Origin: an uncultured delta proteobacterium
Lineage (GTDB): Bacteria > Myxococcota_A > Polyangia > Polyangiales > Polyangiaceae
DNA: 64,000 bases
Assembly: GCA_963716725.1 (NCBI GenBank)
Contig: CAVQUB010000020.1
Coordinates: 64,001-128,000 of the forward strand
Reading direction: 5' to 3'
The notes under the pieces were generated by a model. It ran no database searches, was not told the DNA's origin, and saw only the letters and a program-made list of their open reading frames with translations. Positions 38,901 through 48,340 of the stretch are shown here, in pieces. The position numbers and the translations under genes were made by a program. The first letter of the stretch is position 1, and each line of letters opens with the position of its first letter.

Positions 38901-39913
38901 TGACCGTCGCCATGATGGATCCCGACTACGCCGCGAGCGTGGGCATGGTCGATCGCGCAGGCGACAAGGGCGGCAAGTGGGCCAACGGTCTGATCGCCAA
39001 GCCCCAGCTGACCCTCTTCGACATGTTCGCGGACTCGATGGCCAAGATCGACGCGCGCCTCCAGCCGGGCAGCCCCCGCTTCACGCGCTGGAAGCGCGCG
39101 CGCAGCAAGCTGGTGGACCAGTTCTTGGCCGTGGACGGCGACGGCACGGCGGCGGTGTTCCACAACCAGGCGTTCATCAAGAGCGTCCCGATTCTGGTCG
39201 ACGTCATCCGGGAGCAGATCAACGCCAACTGCCCCGACCGCGAGACCAACCCCATGGCCTGCGCGTGGGCGGTCAAAGATCTCGGCGCCAAGACCGCCGA
39301 GAGCATCGGCGGCCCAATGTTCGGGACCACGATGACGCTCCTGGATCTGATCAACGAGGACGAAGAGGCTCGCCGCGCCCTCGAGCGTCACCTGCGCTAT
39401 CTGGTCCAGGAGGCGAGCTCGAACGACGCCATGATCAGCATGCTGGCCAGCTCCGCCGACATGATGCAAATCTTGTCGGACGATTTGAACATGCCCGCCA
39501 TCTACAACGCGGTGGCCACGGCCGCGGCGCCCGAAGACGCGACCGCCAACGACCAGCCGACCCCCGGCACCGCCGACCGCGTGCTCGAGCTGCTGGACGC
39601 GCTCACCGCCGAGCCGGTGGTGAACGGCAAGGCCCAGCCGAACCCCTACGATCCCTACCGATTCCAGGACCGGTTGCTGGCCAACCTGGTAACGCCGCTC
39701 GATCCGAACAACACCGACAGCCTGACGCCCCTGGAGATTTTCTTGGACACCTTCGCCGAGGTCAACCGCCTCGACGCCAGCGCGGGGCGCGAAGAGCCGC
39801 TCTCACCCGACGACCTCGAGCTCGTGTTCGCGACCATGCGGGACTTCTTGACCAGCAAGACGCGCGGCATGGAGCAGCTCTACGAAATCATGCGACACCG
39901 AAACGGCGAGTAG
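35984..39913 (+). CDS. Large (1309 aa) hypothetical lipoprotein
   Basis: Lipobox LSAAC; strong GC3 codon bias; DGDGDGFADVD Ca-binding-like motif; TAAACT 8 nt before the ATG. Confidence 0.75.
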   Translation: MRRSYRKTTLVVGVALSLSAACSGDFDDRRKLREPVGTLGDDMYSALCDRVGASVLTEDVYGASYRGVCHRDAAGKYRDQVDQSKLPAIKDPLSGSGVVRTLAIAKVEAMGKRRVDLIQAFNATFSDEPMPDPFHPGKTVKGHVALQRFLQRIVPLYETNPVNKQGSGSREGLMPSVTRSTGRLFAALAGPGKDPYAKYGDPAKAKKAQEALSRLSGRLGYRPLRVALGAIKPSMAYPELRQLTQTLALRLRPPSKNAAPGTGTMRDAFQNVLGMAQHELSTSLEAPLPIAYALSDAAKLQPNRPRTNSEVARAIMLSTDPAFEKPGALPHYLVVRDSRGYAVPTGNQPGVVGTVGGAFYDGDGDGFADVDARGRFLGPAGVAQIDTPFFVPGLPRVLPPDAFGRAVDPSGTPLFAYLDTSQTFVGSTTRDLEPLLNPDPVAESEALADLLSGAYALYGDPIQNKADWGVGGVYPTFDTAQSPLADLTHATGWMFAHKNSDVHLKMVGKLFKDHEQTMARLIGASLKIREVSNAHPEAKFDPTVTIWDELQEIIVKTAKDPKLFKDVLRALAHPDTQAYLGKAYSNYAKYKDALYYNTNDINGALVNLTDPTNPEPHVPPDTTQPDAGDNRSNLHRIFQLIHDVNGVNACNRPGAKVRIQVLGLNISWPLIGSYEECELFDFQNMGLFYLDSILGKAKLNVKSDVLNSLMNAAKVFSDPNQMFEESSGIDGMTLTPEPRGLNRLVFFGAQTAKFDALFGGTMPDRDPNFSGKNKVTNDFVAATIDPVSTSVCPERLVTNPKGQPPQLWLSDCSLPGGMPSDVLRIRGKGTIFLWEKYEFYKAMKPLLAAFANNGAGQTFLDSVETLYRHWPTEQHGPECNANIPAGLGFADRPWQKFLTQSDAQSHKVNPAYNAKWCNPSGGTRYEPVLAEAFAGDIIPALGELIKALDDPNFVKDERNGGVAKSGLDVLHEMTVAMMDPDYAASVGMVDRAGDKGGKWANGLIAKPQLTLFDMFADSMAKIDARLQPGSPRFTRWKRARSKLVDQFLAVDGDGTAAVFHNQAFIKSVPILVDVIREQINANCPDRETNPMACAWAVKDLGAKTAESIGGPMFGTTMTLLDLINEDEEARRALERHLRYLVQEASSNDAMISMLASSADMMQILSDDLNMPAIYNAVATAAAPEDATANDQPTPGTADRVLELLDALTAEPVVNGKAQPNPYDPYRFQDRLLANLVTPLDPNNTDSLTPLEIFLDTFAEVNRLDASAGREEPLSPDDLELVFATMRDFLTSKTRGMEQLYEIMRHRNGE

Positions 39914-40051
39914 CGGTGGGCGCACCAGGGCCAGGCAGCGCGGCGCCAGATCCGGCGGCCGCCGCCCAGAACCGCCGGCGCGGTCCTGGCTCGGAGTCGG
40001 GCGCGCGATCGCGCTCGCGATTCGGGCTGGGATCTGCCTTAATGCTCCAAG

Positions 40052-41710
40052 GTGACAGGAGGGCGATCGTTGCGAAGCGCTAGCGCATGCGCGTTCGGAT
40101 TGGTGCTCGCGACTGCGACGCACTCGCAGGGCGCCGGCCTCTATTTCGGAGACCGCGGAGTGCGGCCGCTGGGACGGGCCGGGGCCTTCGTGGCCGGAGC
40201 GGACGACGGCGGCGCCATCGCCTACAACCCGGCCGGGCTCGCCTTCGCGGGCCACGCCTATCTGGGTGACTTCGCCTGGGTGAACTACACCAGCACCTAC
40301 CAGCGCAAGCAGCTGGTGCGCCAGGTCGATCCAAACACCGGGCAGCCCACCGGACAGACCTGGGAGTTCACCTTCCCGGAGGTGGAGGGCCGCACGCCGG
40401 TCATTCCGATCCCGACGGCGGTCTACTCGAACCCGCTCGGCCAGAAGGACTTCAATTTCGCCTTCGGGCTCCACGCGCCCTACGCGGCAATCACCAGCTT
40501 TCCCGAGAAGGTGAGCGGCCAGCCGGCCCCGCAGCGCTACTCGCTGATCACGCTCGACGGCTCCGCGCTCGCCGTGCTCGGCGCCTACGCTTCGTATCGA
40601 CCCTCGAAAGAGATCGCGCTCGGAGCCGGCATCGAGGCGCTCGCGGGCTACTTCCAGACCACTGTCTACTTCAGCGCGTGCGTGCCCGAGCGGTTCATCT
40701 GCGCCCCCGAGCAACCCGAGTACGACGCCTACGGTCAGCTGCGGGTCGGCCCCATCGTTGCGCCTACCGGGATCATCGGCGCCATCTTCCTGCCCAGTGA
40801 TTCGCTGCGCATCGGCGCCTCGTTTCACCTCCCGGTCTGGATCAACTCCCCCGGAACCCAGAAGGTCCGGCTTCCGGCCGCCGCGGTCTTCGAAGGCGCG
40901 CGCGTCACGGGCGACGCGGTGAACGTGAAGTTCAACCTGCCCTGGGTCGCCCGGCTGGGCATCGAGGTCCGCCCCGCCGACGGGCTCGCGGTCGAAGCCG
41001 GCGTCGCCTACGAAGCCTGGAGCATGCACGACAAGATCACGGTCAGCTCCGAGGACATCGCGATGGAGAACGTCGCGGGCTTTCCGCCGGTCTACAAGAT
41101 CCCGCCGCTCAGCATCGAACGCGGCTTCCGCGATACGTACTCGGCTCGCGTCGGCGGCGAGTACAAGTTCCCGGTGTCGAGCTACGCCCTCGGGCTGCGC
41201 GGCGGCGCAGCGTACGAACGCAGCGCCATCCCCAAAGAGTACCTCTCGGCGACCACCATCGATCTCGACAAGGTGACTCTCTCGGTCGGCGGCAGCCTGT
41301 ACCTGGGCAAATGGCGCTTCGACGGGGTCTTCGCCCGGGTGATCGGGATGCCGGTCGAGGTTGGCACGGACGAGCAGCGCATCGCGCAGCTGAACCCCGT
41401 GCTGGCGAACCCGCCGGCCAATCCCAACTACATCAACGCCGGCAAGTACTCTGCCAGCGCCAACGTACTCGGCGTCGGCTTGGTCTATCAGTTCGACTCT
41501 GCCGCCGAGCCGCCCACCCGCCCGATCTCGATGCCCGCTGAAGACGACGAAGCCGCGCCTCCGAAGTCGAAACCCAAGAGCTCGGAGGCGCCCGAGGAGA
41601 AGTCGGAGCCCGAGCCCAAGCCCAAGAAGGCGGACGACGATTTCGAGAAGGCCTTCGAGCAGGAGCTCGAGAAGAAGCCCCCGAAGAAACCCGGCAAGGG
41701 CAAGAAGTGA
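40052..41710 (+). CDS. OmpP1/FadL-family outer-membrane transporter with long charged C-terminal tail
   Basis: AGLYF..GVRPLGRAGAFVAGADD..AIAYNPAGLA hatch motif; QRYSLI; barrel strands ending GLVYQF. Confidence 0.82.
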   Translation: MTGGRSLRSASACAFGLVLATATHSQGAGLYFGDRGVRPLGRAGAFVAGADDGGAIAYNPAGLAFAGHAYLGDFAWVNYTSTYQRKQLVRQVDPNTGQPTGQTWEFTFPEVEGRTPVIPIPTAVYSNPLGQKDFNFAFGLHAPYAAITSFPEKVSGQPAPQRYSLITLDGSALAVLGAYASYRPSKEIALGAGIEALAGYFQTTVYFSACVPERFICAPEQPEYDAYGQLRVGPIVAPTGIIGAIFLPSDSLRIGASFHLPVWINSPGTQKVRLPAAAVFEGARVTGDAVNVKFNLPWVARLGIEVRPADGLAVEAGVAYEAWSMHDKITVSSEDIAMENVAGFPPVYKIPPLSIERGFRDTYSARVGGEYKFPVSSYALGLRGGAAYERSAIPKEYLSATTIDLDKVTLSVGGSLYLGKWRFDGVFARVIGMPVEVGTDEQRIAQLNPVLANPPANPNYINAGKYSASANVLGVGLVYQFDSAAEPPTRPISMPAEDDEAAPPKSKPKSSEAPEEKSEPEPKPKKADDDFEKAFEQELEKKPPKKPGKGKK

Positions 41711-42454
41711 TCAGCGCGACTCGTAGACCCGGAGCGCCGGCAGCTCGAGCGCGGTGAGGAAGCCACCCTCCTTGCCGCAGCGCGTGTCGATCGCCACCAC
41801 GTCACCGCGGTACCAGAGGTCGGTCGGATCCTCCGGCGTGTAGGTCGATAGCTCGGGCAGCTCTTCGGTGGCGGTGTGGCCGCACACCACGCGCTTACCG
41901 GCGTACTCACTGAAGAACTTTTCGCTGCGCGACCAGAGCAGGACCATCCGATCCTCTGCCTGGCTCGGGTGGAGAAAGCTCCCGTCTTTGTGCGGGAGAC
42001 CGGCGTGCACGTAGATCGCGTGCTCGTCTTCGTAGAAATGCGGTAGCCCCGACAGCCACTGGCTGACCGCTTCGGGGAAGAAGGAAGCCGAAAACAGGGC
42101 TTCCAGATCCTCCTTGTCGGGCGTGGTCTCCGGCAGCGGGCGCCCACGATACGAGCGCACGCAAGCCCAGCAGCCGTTGGGCTGCGGCAGCAGGAACTCG
42201 GGGAACCCGCCGTTCATCGCCCGGAGCCAGCCGTCTTCGTGGTTGCCCCGCAAGAACACCAGCTTGGCCGGCAGCTCGTCGTGCAGCGCCATCAGGCGCT
42301 CGATGACGCCCTTCGAGTCCGGTCCACGGTCAAGGTAGTCACCGAGGAAGACCAGGGTGTCGCCCGCATCGAGGGCCGGCAGGCGCCCGAGCAGCAGGTT
42401 CAGGTGCCCGAGATCGCCGTGCACGTCTCCGACCACCAAGGTGCGCCCCGCCAT
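41711..42454 (-). CDS. Metallophosphoesterase (PPP/ApaH-like Ser/Thr phosphatase)
   Basis: GDVHG, GDYLDRG, RGNHE, VHAG, GHT, IDT. Confidence 0.9.
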   Translation of the reverse strand: MAGRTLVVGDVHGDLGHLNLLLGRLPALDAGDTLVFLGDYLDRGPDSKGVIERLMALHDELPAKLVFLRGNHEDGWLRAMNGGFPEFLLPQPNGCWACVRSYRGRPLPETTPDKEDLEALFSASFFPEAVSQWLSGLPHFYEDEHAIYVHAGLPHKDGSFLHPSQAEDRMVLLWSRSEKFFSEYAGKRVVCGHTATEELPELSTYTPEDPTDLWYRGDVVAIDTRCGKEGGFLTALELPALRVYESR

Positions 42455-42465
42455 CTGTGCTCCGA

Positions 42466-44712
42466 TCAGCCCCCGACCGCCGGCTCGGGCTGCTCAGCTG
42501 AGCCCCCGGCAGATGGCTCGACTGGCACGGACTCCGACGCCGGCTGAGAGGGCTCGGGATCGTTCGGCGCAGTGAGCGCGGCGGCCTTGGCGCTGGCGCT
42601 GCCAGCGGGAACGTACACGACCAGCTTGTCCCCAGACTCGAGCTTCTTCTGGCGCGACTGCCGGTTGACGCGTTCCATCCAACCCACGCTCATGCCGTGC
42701 CGGCGACCCAGGCTCGCCAGGGTGTCGCCGCTCTTCGCCTCGACGGTGATGCGCTTCTTGCCTTTCAAGCCCTCGAAGTGATCGAAGAACTCCGGAGTCC
42801 CCGCGACGAGCACCCTCACCTCGCTCTCGGAGAGCACGCGGACACCGGACAGATCCGCGCTGGGTTTCACCCACATCGTCAGCACCATCCCGGACACCAG
42901 CCGCGCGTTTGCATCGACGGCGTTCCAAGCCACCACCTCGCTGTTCGAGACGGCGAAGCCCCGGGCGATTCGCTCGAGGGTGTCGCCGCTCTGAACGCGA
43001 TAAAACACCCGCTTCTTGTCGGAGTAGCGGAACTCGCGGGGAGACGTCACCACGACCTCGCCGAGGGCCGGGGCCGCAGCCCCACTCGCTTCACGCTTGG
43101 GCAAGAGCAGGACGGTGCCCGCTCCGAGCCCTTCGTCGTCGCGGAGCTTGTTGAGCTTGGCCACAGTGGCGCGATCCGTCCCCCGCACTGACGCGATCTT
43201 GGCGGCGTCATCGCCGAGGCGCACCACGTAGGGCTCGAGCTCGGGATCGAGCTCGGAGACGTTGGCGAGCGCTCGAGTGATCTGCTGCGCCTTGCCCGCA
43301 GGCACGCGCACGAAGGCCCGTGGCTGCGTGGTGCCCACCAGCGGCGGCACCCGTCCCAAGAGCAGGTGTGGATTCAACGCCTCGAGGGTGGCGACCGGTG
43401 TCTGGGCCGCCTCGGCGATCTTTTCGAGTGAGAGTCCGCCGCGGGCCACGACGCTGTCCAGGTTCTCCGGAGCATCACCGGCCACATCCGCGAGGCCGAA
43501 GGCCTTCTTGTTCGTCATCACCAGGGCGATGGCGAAGATCTTCGGGACGTAGAGGGTCGTCTCCCACGGGATGCCCGCTTCGTAGCGGCAGAGTTCCCAG
43601 TAGTCGTTGGTGTTGAACTTGCGGATGGACCGGGACAGCCCGCCGTAGCCCATGTTGTAGGCCGCCATCGCCAGCTCCCAGCTGCCGAAGCGGCGGTACA
43701 AGTCGCCCAGATAGAGCACCGCGGCGTCCGTCGCGCGTTTGGGATCGTAGCGCTCGTCGACCCAGCGATCGACGTTGAGCCCGTACATGCGCCCCGCGTC
43801 CGGCATGAACTGCCAGAGTCCCGCCGCGCCCGCCGGTGACACGATGGTCGGGTTGTGGCCGCTCTCGATCAGGCTGAGCCAGACTAGATCCGAGGGCAGC
43901 CCCGCGCGGGTCAACTCCGACTTGAGGAACGCCACGTAGCGTCCGCTCTTGCGGGCCCAGACCCGGGCGATGGCCCTGCCCTTGGGGTTGTCTCGGTAAA
44001 ACTTCAAGTAGCGGACGACCCGCGACTCGAGGCGCACCGGCAGATCCGGCATCGTCAGCGATCGAATCCACTCCGCGTCGCTGGCGTTGTCGTTCGAGTC
44101 GTCGAGCCCGGGATCGCTCGCAATCGCGGGCGGCACACCGGAGGCGTGCACGCGTGCCCCGGCGCTCGGGGCGGGCTTCGGCAGATCCCAGCTGAAGCCC
44201 GAGGTGGAGCCGGGCAACGGCTTGGGGAAGAGCACTCGCTCGGCGTCCTTCAGCGCTTCGAGCTCGGGATCCTTCTTGTCGGTGCCCTGCTTGGAGGTCG
44301 CGGTGACGCGGCGACGCGCCGCTTCGTTCGGCGGCGGCGAGGCCTTTCCCGCCGGGAGGGTCGCCGCCGGACGCCGAGGCGCCTTGCCCTTCTTCGTGGG
44401 AGCTGGCTTTGCCTTCGGCTTCGACTTCGACTTCGCCTTCGCCGGAGCGGGCGCAGGTGCCGCCGGTCCCGTCGCGGGAGCGGGCGCCGGATTCGCTTTC
44501 GGCGCGGGCGTGGGATTCACCTGCGGTGCCGGCGCGGGATTCACCTTCGGCGGCGGCGGGAGGTTCACCTTCGGCGCGGGCGCCGGATTCGCTTTCGGTG
44601 CGGGCGCCGGATTCACTTTCGGCGGTGCTTCGGGGAGCACGTCTTGAGCACGAGCGACCGTCGCGAGCGACAGAATCGCCGCGAGCACGATCGAAGCTCC
44701 CGCGCGCTGCAT
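42466..44712 (-). CDS. MltD-like lytic transglycosylase with LysM domains
   Basis: LIESG, AAGLWQFMP, VDERYDP, AMAAYNMG, ETTLYVPK; LysM repeats YVVRLGD, YRVQSGDTL, KSGDTL. Confidence 0.88.
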   Translation of the reverse strand: MQRAGASIVLAAILSLATVARAQDVLPEAPPKVNPAPAPKANPAPAPKVNLPPPPKVNPAPAPQVNPTPAPKANPAPAPATGPAAPAPAPAKAKSKSKPKAKPAPTKKGKAPRRPAATLPAGKASPPPNEAARRRVTATSKQGTDKKDPELEALKDAERVLFPKPLPGSTSGFSWDLPKPAPSAGARVHASGVPPAIASDPGLDDSNDNASDAEWIRSLTMPDLPVRLESRVVRYLKFYRDNPKGRAIARVWARKSGRYVAFLKSELTRAGLPSDLVWLSLIESGHNPTIVSPAGAAGLWQFMPDAGRMYGLNVDRWVDERYDPKRATDAAVLYLGDLYRRFGSWELAMAAYNMGYGGLSRSIRKFNTNDYWELCRYEAGIPWETTLYVPKIFAIALVMTNKKAFGLADVAGDAPENLDSVVARGGLSLEKIAEAAQTPVATLEALNPHLLLGRVPPLVGTTQPRAFVRVPAGKAQQITRALANVSELDPELEPYVVRLGDDAAKIASVRGTDRATVAKLNKLRDDEGLGAGTVLLLPKREASGAAAPALGEVVVTSPREFRYSDKKRVFYRVQSGDTLERIARGFAVSNSEVVAWNAVDANARLVSGMVLTMWVKPSADLSGVRVLSESEVRVLVAGTPEFFDHFEGLKGKKRITVEAKSGDTLASLGRRHGMSVGWMERVNRQSRQKKLESGDKLVVYVPAGSASAKAAALTAPNDPEPSQPASESVPVEPSAGGSAEQPEPAVGG
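44477..44623. repeat. Coding 24-bp tandem repeat, about 6 units (PK[VA]NPAPA)
   Basis: Repeated GGCGCCGGATTC(GC/AC)TTTCGG-like units in the transglycosylase N-terminal linker. Confidence 0.8.
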
Positions 44713-44801
44713 CGCCCAGTCGTAGCGACGAAGGTGGGTGGGGTCAAATCGCGCGGGGATCTCGCGGAAGTCTTGTGCGCGAGCCGCGAGGTGTGCGGGG
44801 G

Positions 44802-45272
44802 TCAGAGCACGGCTTGTTTCGAGACCATCATCCAGAGCACGGCCATGGTCACGGTGAACGACGGCAGTCCGAGCAGGGCCCACGTGCGCTGCATACGATA
44901 CCACTCGGCGGGCAACGCCCGCTCCTCAGCCGCCGCGAGCTTTGACAGCGTTCGCATGCGGATCTGGAGGTACGCGGCAGGAAGCCAGGTGATCCCCGCG
45001 ATGGCGTAGCCCGCGAGCCCTTGCCAGACCCACGGCGTCTGGAGCGGGAGCCGATAGATGACCACCAGCCAGAGCCCGGTCACCGGCATGATCAGCCCCG
45101 CGGGCACGGTGAAGATCCAGTCGGCGCGGACCACCTCGGCGTCGCACCACGCCACCACGCGGGCGTCCTTCGAAGCGCCAGCGCGGAACTTGTAATACGC
45201 GCTGCCGAGCCCGGTCCCCAAGAAGAGCACCGCGCCGAGCACGTGGATCGTCTTCAAGACCAGGATGAGCAT
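44802..45272 (-). CDS. DUF2269-family membrane protein
   Basis: LKTIHVLGAVLFLGTGLGSAYY, ADWIFTVPA, WLPAAYLQIRMR, WALLG.P, LWMMVSK. Confidence 0.8.
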   Translation of the reverse strand: MLILVLKTIHVLGAVLFLGTGLGSAYYKFRAGASKDARVVAWCDAEVVRADWIFTVPAGLIMPVTGLWLVVIYRLPLQTPWVWQGLAGYAIAGITWLPAAYLQIRMRTLSKLAAAEERALPAEWYRMQRTWALLGLPSFTVTMAVLWMMVSKQAVL

Positions 45273-46012
45273 CGGCGGAGGATGACCAGGGTGCCGAGCA
45301 GGACGGGCACGTTCTTGGTGAAGGGACCGAAGGGGTGGAACCAGAGCCAGGGAACGAACCAAGAGACCACGACCGGGAGCACGATCAGACCACCGGCCTG
45401 CGCGATCAGCAACCAGCGGAGCACCGGGCCGCGAGTCGCGAGCACGGCGACCCCAGAGGCCACCTGCAACGCGCCGATGACCAGGAGCAGCGTGCCCGGG
45501 CGCCCGAAGGCGAGCCCGGTCTGCGTCGCGATCGACAGCTCCTCCGCCTGCTGGAACAGGATCTTGGGAAACAGCCCCTCGGTGATCCACACCGACGCCA
45601 TGCCACCCCGGAGCAGCCACCGCGCCCTCGGCGAGTAGCCCTCGCGCTCGATCAGGTACGCGACCACCACCGCCGCCACGATGGGCACGTTCTTGGTCAG
45701 CATGCCGAAGGGGCTGACCAGCAGCCGAGGCTCCCCGAGCGCGAGGATGGCCGTGAAGCTGGCCACCATGGAGACCTGGAGCAGCGTGATCCACCAGGAG
45801 GGTCGCCCGAGCGCGACCCAAAACGCCAACGCCACCTCGAAGGCGCAGGTCAGCGGCATGAGCCACTCGGGCAATCCGAGGCGGTGCAGGTAGCTCGCGC
45901 CGATGGCGCGATAGGTCGCGCTCACCACCATCACCCCCGTCGCGAGCCAGACCGACGCGACTCCGACCCTGAGCCAGAGCGAGTCCCGGGAGATGTCCTG
46001 TTGGTCCACCAC
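45254..46012 (-). CDS. Membrane protein with two tandem DoxX-like domains
   Basis: Internal duplication: LRVGVASVWL...PFGMLTKNVP and LRGGMASVWI...PFGPFTKNVP. Confidence 0.75.
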   Translation of the reverse strand: MVDQQDISRDSLWLRVGVASVWLATGVMVVSATYRAIGASYLHRLGLPEWLMPLTCAFEVALAFWVALGRPSWWITLLQVSMVASFTAILALGEPRLLVSPFGMLTKNVPIVAAVVVAYLIEREGYSPRARWLLRGGMASVWITEGLFPKILFQQAEELSIATQTGLAFGRPGTLLLVIGALQVASGVAVLATRGPVLRWLLIAQAGGLIVLPVVVSWFVPWLWFHPFGPFTKNVPVLLGTLVILRRCSSWS

Positions 46013-46039
46013 CCGCGACGTCTATCACGGAGTCGTGAT

Positions 46040-47512
46040 TCAGCGCTGGGCTACGACGAAGAGCGCGCTGCCCTCACGGAACAGCAGAAGCAGGGTTCGG
46101 CCACGGGCCTTTCCATAGAGCTCGCGGAAGCGTTCGACCCCGGTGACCTGCTGCCGATCCACCTCGAGCACCACGTCACCGGCCCGAAGCCCAGCCCGCG
46201 CCGCCGGGCTGCCGCGGTCGACCTCGACCACCACGGCTCCGGCCGCGACTTGCGCGGGCAGGTGCAGGCTGCGCCGGGCGTCCGGCGTGAGCTCCCCCAA
46301 GGTGAGCCCGTCGAGCGCGTCGGCCTTCGACGGCGCGAAGTCACGTCGAAGGTCGCTCGGTTGCTCGTCCAGCGCTGCGCTGATCTCGACGGGCTTCTTC
46401 GCGCGCAGGAGCCCGAGCTTGACCTTCTTCCCGGCGCCGCTGGCCGCGATCTGGTTGCGGAACTGACCCACGCCGGCGACCGTTCGTCCTTCAAGCTGCG
46501 TGATGACGTCACCCCGCACCAGGCCGGCGCGCTGGGCCGGGGAACCCGCCTGCACGTCGGAGACCAGCACGCCGGTGGGCGTCGGCAGCGCCAGCGCCGT
46601 CGCCAGCTCTTGATCCACGTCTTGGATCGACACGCCGAGCCACCCGCGCACGACCTTGCCCTGGGTGCGCAAGCTCTCGACGATGGGCTTGGCCATGTTG
46701 GTCGGGATCGCGAAGCCGATGCCGACGTTGCCGCCGGTCCGCGACAAGATCGCGGTGTTGATGCCGACCAGCCGGCCCTCCATGTCGACCAAGGCGCCGC
46801 CGGAGTTGCCGGGATTGATGGCGGCGTCGGTCTGGATGAAGTCTTCGTAGTCGACGATGCCCATGTTGGCGCGCCCCTTCGCCGACACGATCCCCATGGT
46901 GACCGTCTGCCCGACCCCGAAGGGGTTGCCCACCGCCAACACCACGTCGCCCAGACGCAGCCGCGCGGAGTCGCCGAGCTCGAGGGGCACCAGCCCCTTG
47001 GTATCTCCCGAGAGCTCGAGCACCGCGAGATCGCTCTTGGGATCGGTGCCGACGACCCGAGCGCCCAGCACGCGGTTATCCGCGGTCTTGACCTCCAGCT
47101 TCTCCGCGCCAGCCACCACGTGGTTGTTGGTCACCACGATCCCAGGGCCAATCACGACCCCGGATCCGATGCCCGCTTGCCGATCGGGTGAGCCGGAGCC
47201 AAACGGGAAGGTGACGGGCGCGACACGCGTCGACGCGACGCTGACCACCGAGGGTAGGACCCGCTCCACGACGTCCGCGATGCTCACGCCACCGGCGCGC
47301 GCCAGCGCAGCGCTGGGCAACACCGCCGGTGCCGAAGCGGCGGGCTGAGCCGACGCCTCGGGCGACTCCACTGCCCGCGCTGGTGGCTCAGGGGCGCGCG
47401 CACACGAGACACACCAGAGCAGGGCTGCGGATCCGAACGCCGCCAAGGCGAGTGAACGCCATTGAATCGAGAAGCGCATGTGGCTGGGAAACAGCGCGGA
47501 GGGTCCGGTCAT
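46040..47512 (-). CDS. DegP/DegQ (HtrA) serine protease with two PDZ domains
   Basis: GSGVVI, TNNHVV, SDLAVL, FIQTDAAINPGNSGG, GIGFAIP, RGWLGV. Confidence 0.93.
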   Translation of the reverse strand: MTGPSALFPSHMRFSIQWRSLALAAFGSAALLWCVSCARAPEPPARAVESPEASAQPAASAPAVLPSAALARAGGVSIADVVERVLPSVVSVASTRVAPVTFPFGSGSPDRQAGIGSGVVIGPGIVVTNNHVVAGAEKLEVKTADNRVLGARVVGTDPKSDLAVLELSGDTKGLVPLELGDSARLRLGDVVLAVGNPFGVGQTVTMGIVSAKGRANMGIVDYEDFIQTDAAINPGNSGGALVDMEGRLVGINTAILSRTGGNVGIGFAIPTNMAKPIVESLRTQGKVVRGWLGVSIQDVDQELATALALPTPTGVLVSDVQAGSPAQRAGLVRGDVITQLEGRTVAGVGQFRNQIAASGAGKKVKLGLLRAKKPVEISAALDEQPSDLRRDFAPSKADALDGLTLGELTPDARRSLHLPAQVAAGAVVVEVDRGSPAARAGLRAGDVVLEVDRQQVTGVERFRELYGKARGRTLLLLFREGSALFVVAQR

Positions 47513-47523
47513 TCCCGCCGGCC

Positions 47524-47886
47524 TCAGCCGACCCGCACCGGGATCTTCCGCGGCGTCTGCGCCGACTGCTTGGGCAGGTGGAGGCGCAAGACCCCGGCGT
47601 CGAGCTTGGCCTCGATGCGATCCTTGTCGATCACCTGTGAAATGGTGAAGGTACGGCTGAAGTCGACCGGCTCGTACTCCGTCGCCAGCGCCGTGCCAGA
47701 CGCTGCGCCGCTGCGCCGTGCCTCGAGCGTGAGCGTGTCGCCGTCGGCCTGAATCACCAGGTCGTCTTTGGTGACGCCGGGCAGATCGGCGAGCAGCAGG
47801 ATCTCCTTCTCGTTTTCGTAAACGTCGACCCGCGGGTTGACGTGGCGTCGTTCTTTGGCCTGCGAGAGCTTGTCGTTTCGAGTCAT
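47524..47886 (-). CDS. Hsp20/alpha-crystallin small heat shock protein
   Basis: PRVDVYE, ADLPGV, FSRTF, AKLDAGVLRLHLPK, PRKIPV. Confidence 0.92.
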   Translation of the reverse strand: MTRNDKLSQAKERRHVNPRVDVYENEKEILLLADLPGVTKDDLVIQADGDTLTLEARRSGAASGTALATEYEPVDFSRTFTISQVIDKDRIEAKLDAGVLRLHLPKQSAQTPRKIPVRVG

Positions 47887-47896
47887 GGCTTTCTCC

Positions 47897-48340
47897 TCAA
47901 GCGACGCGAACTGCGATCTTCCGGGGTTGGGCCTCGGCGGCCTTCTCGAGCGTCACGGTCAGGACGCCGTGCTGGAGCACGGCCAGGGTCTTCTCTGGGT
48001 CGACCTTGGCCGGGAGCGCGAAGCTGCGCGTGAAGCGATGAGGCGCCCGTTCTTGGCGATAGGCCGCGTATCCCTCCGGCGCGTCCGCCCTGCGCTGCCC
48101 GCTCAGGGTGAGCACGTCCTGCTCGAGCGTGAGCGAGAGATCAGCGTCCTTCACTCCGGGCAGGTCTGCCTGGAGCACAAACGCGGTGCCCGTGTCGCTG
48201 AAGTTGACCCGAGGGATCCCCCCGGTCGCGGGCTCGGGCGCGCCGCCGGCATCGACGTCGTCGAAGACGCGATCCATGCGGCGCCGAAGCTGGTCCATGA
48301 TGGCCAGCGTGCGGTCGAAATCACTGTGATAGCCGAACAT
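47897..48340 (-). CDS. Hsp20/alpha-crystallin small heat shock protein
   Basis: PRVNF, ADLPGV, RQER, FTRSFALP, GVLTVTLEK, PRKIAV; SD AGGAGA. Confidence 0.92.
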   Translation of the reverse strand: MFGYHSDFDRTLAIMDQLRRRMDRVFDDVDAGGAPEPATGGIPRVNFSDTGTAFVLQADLPGVKDADLSLTLEQDVLTLSGQRRADAPEGYAAYRQERAPHRFTRSFALPAKVDPEKTLAVLQHGVLTVTLEKAAEAQPRKIAVRVA

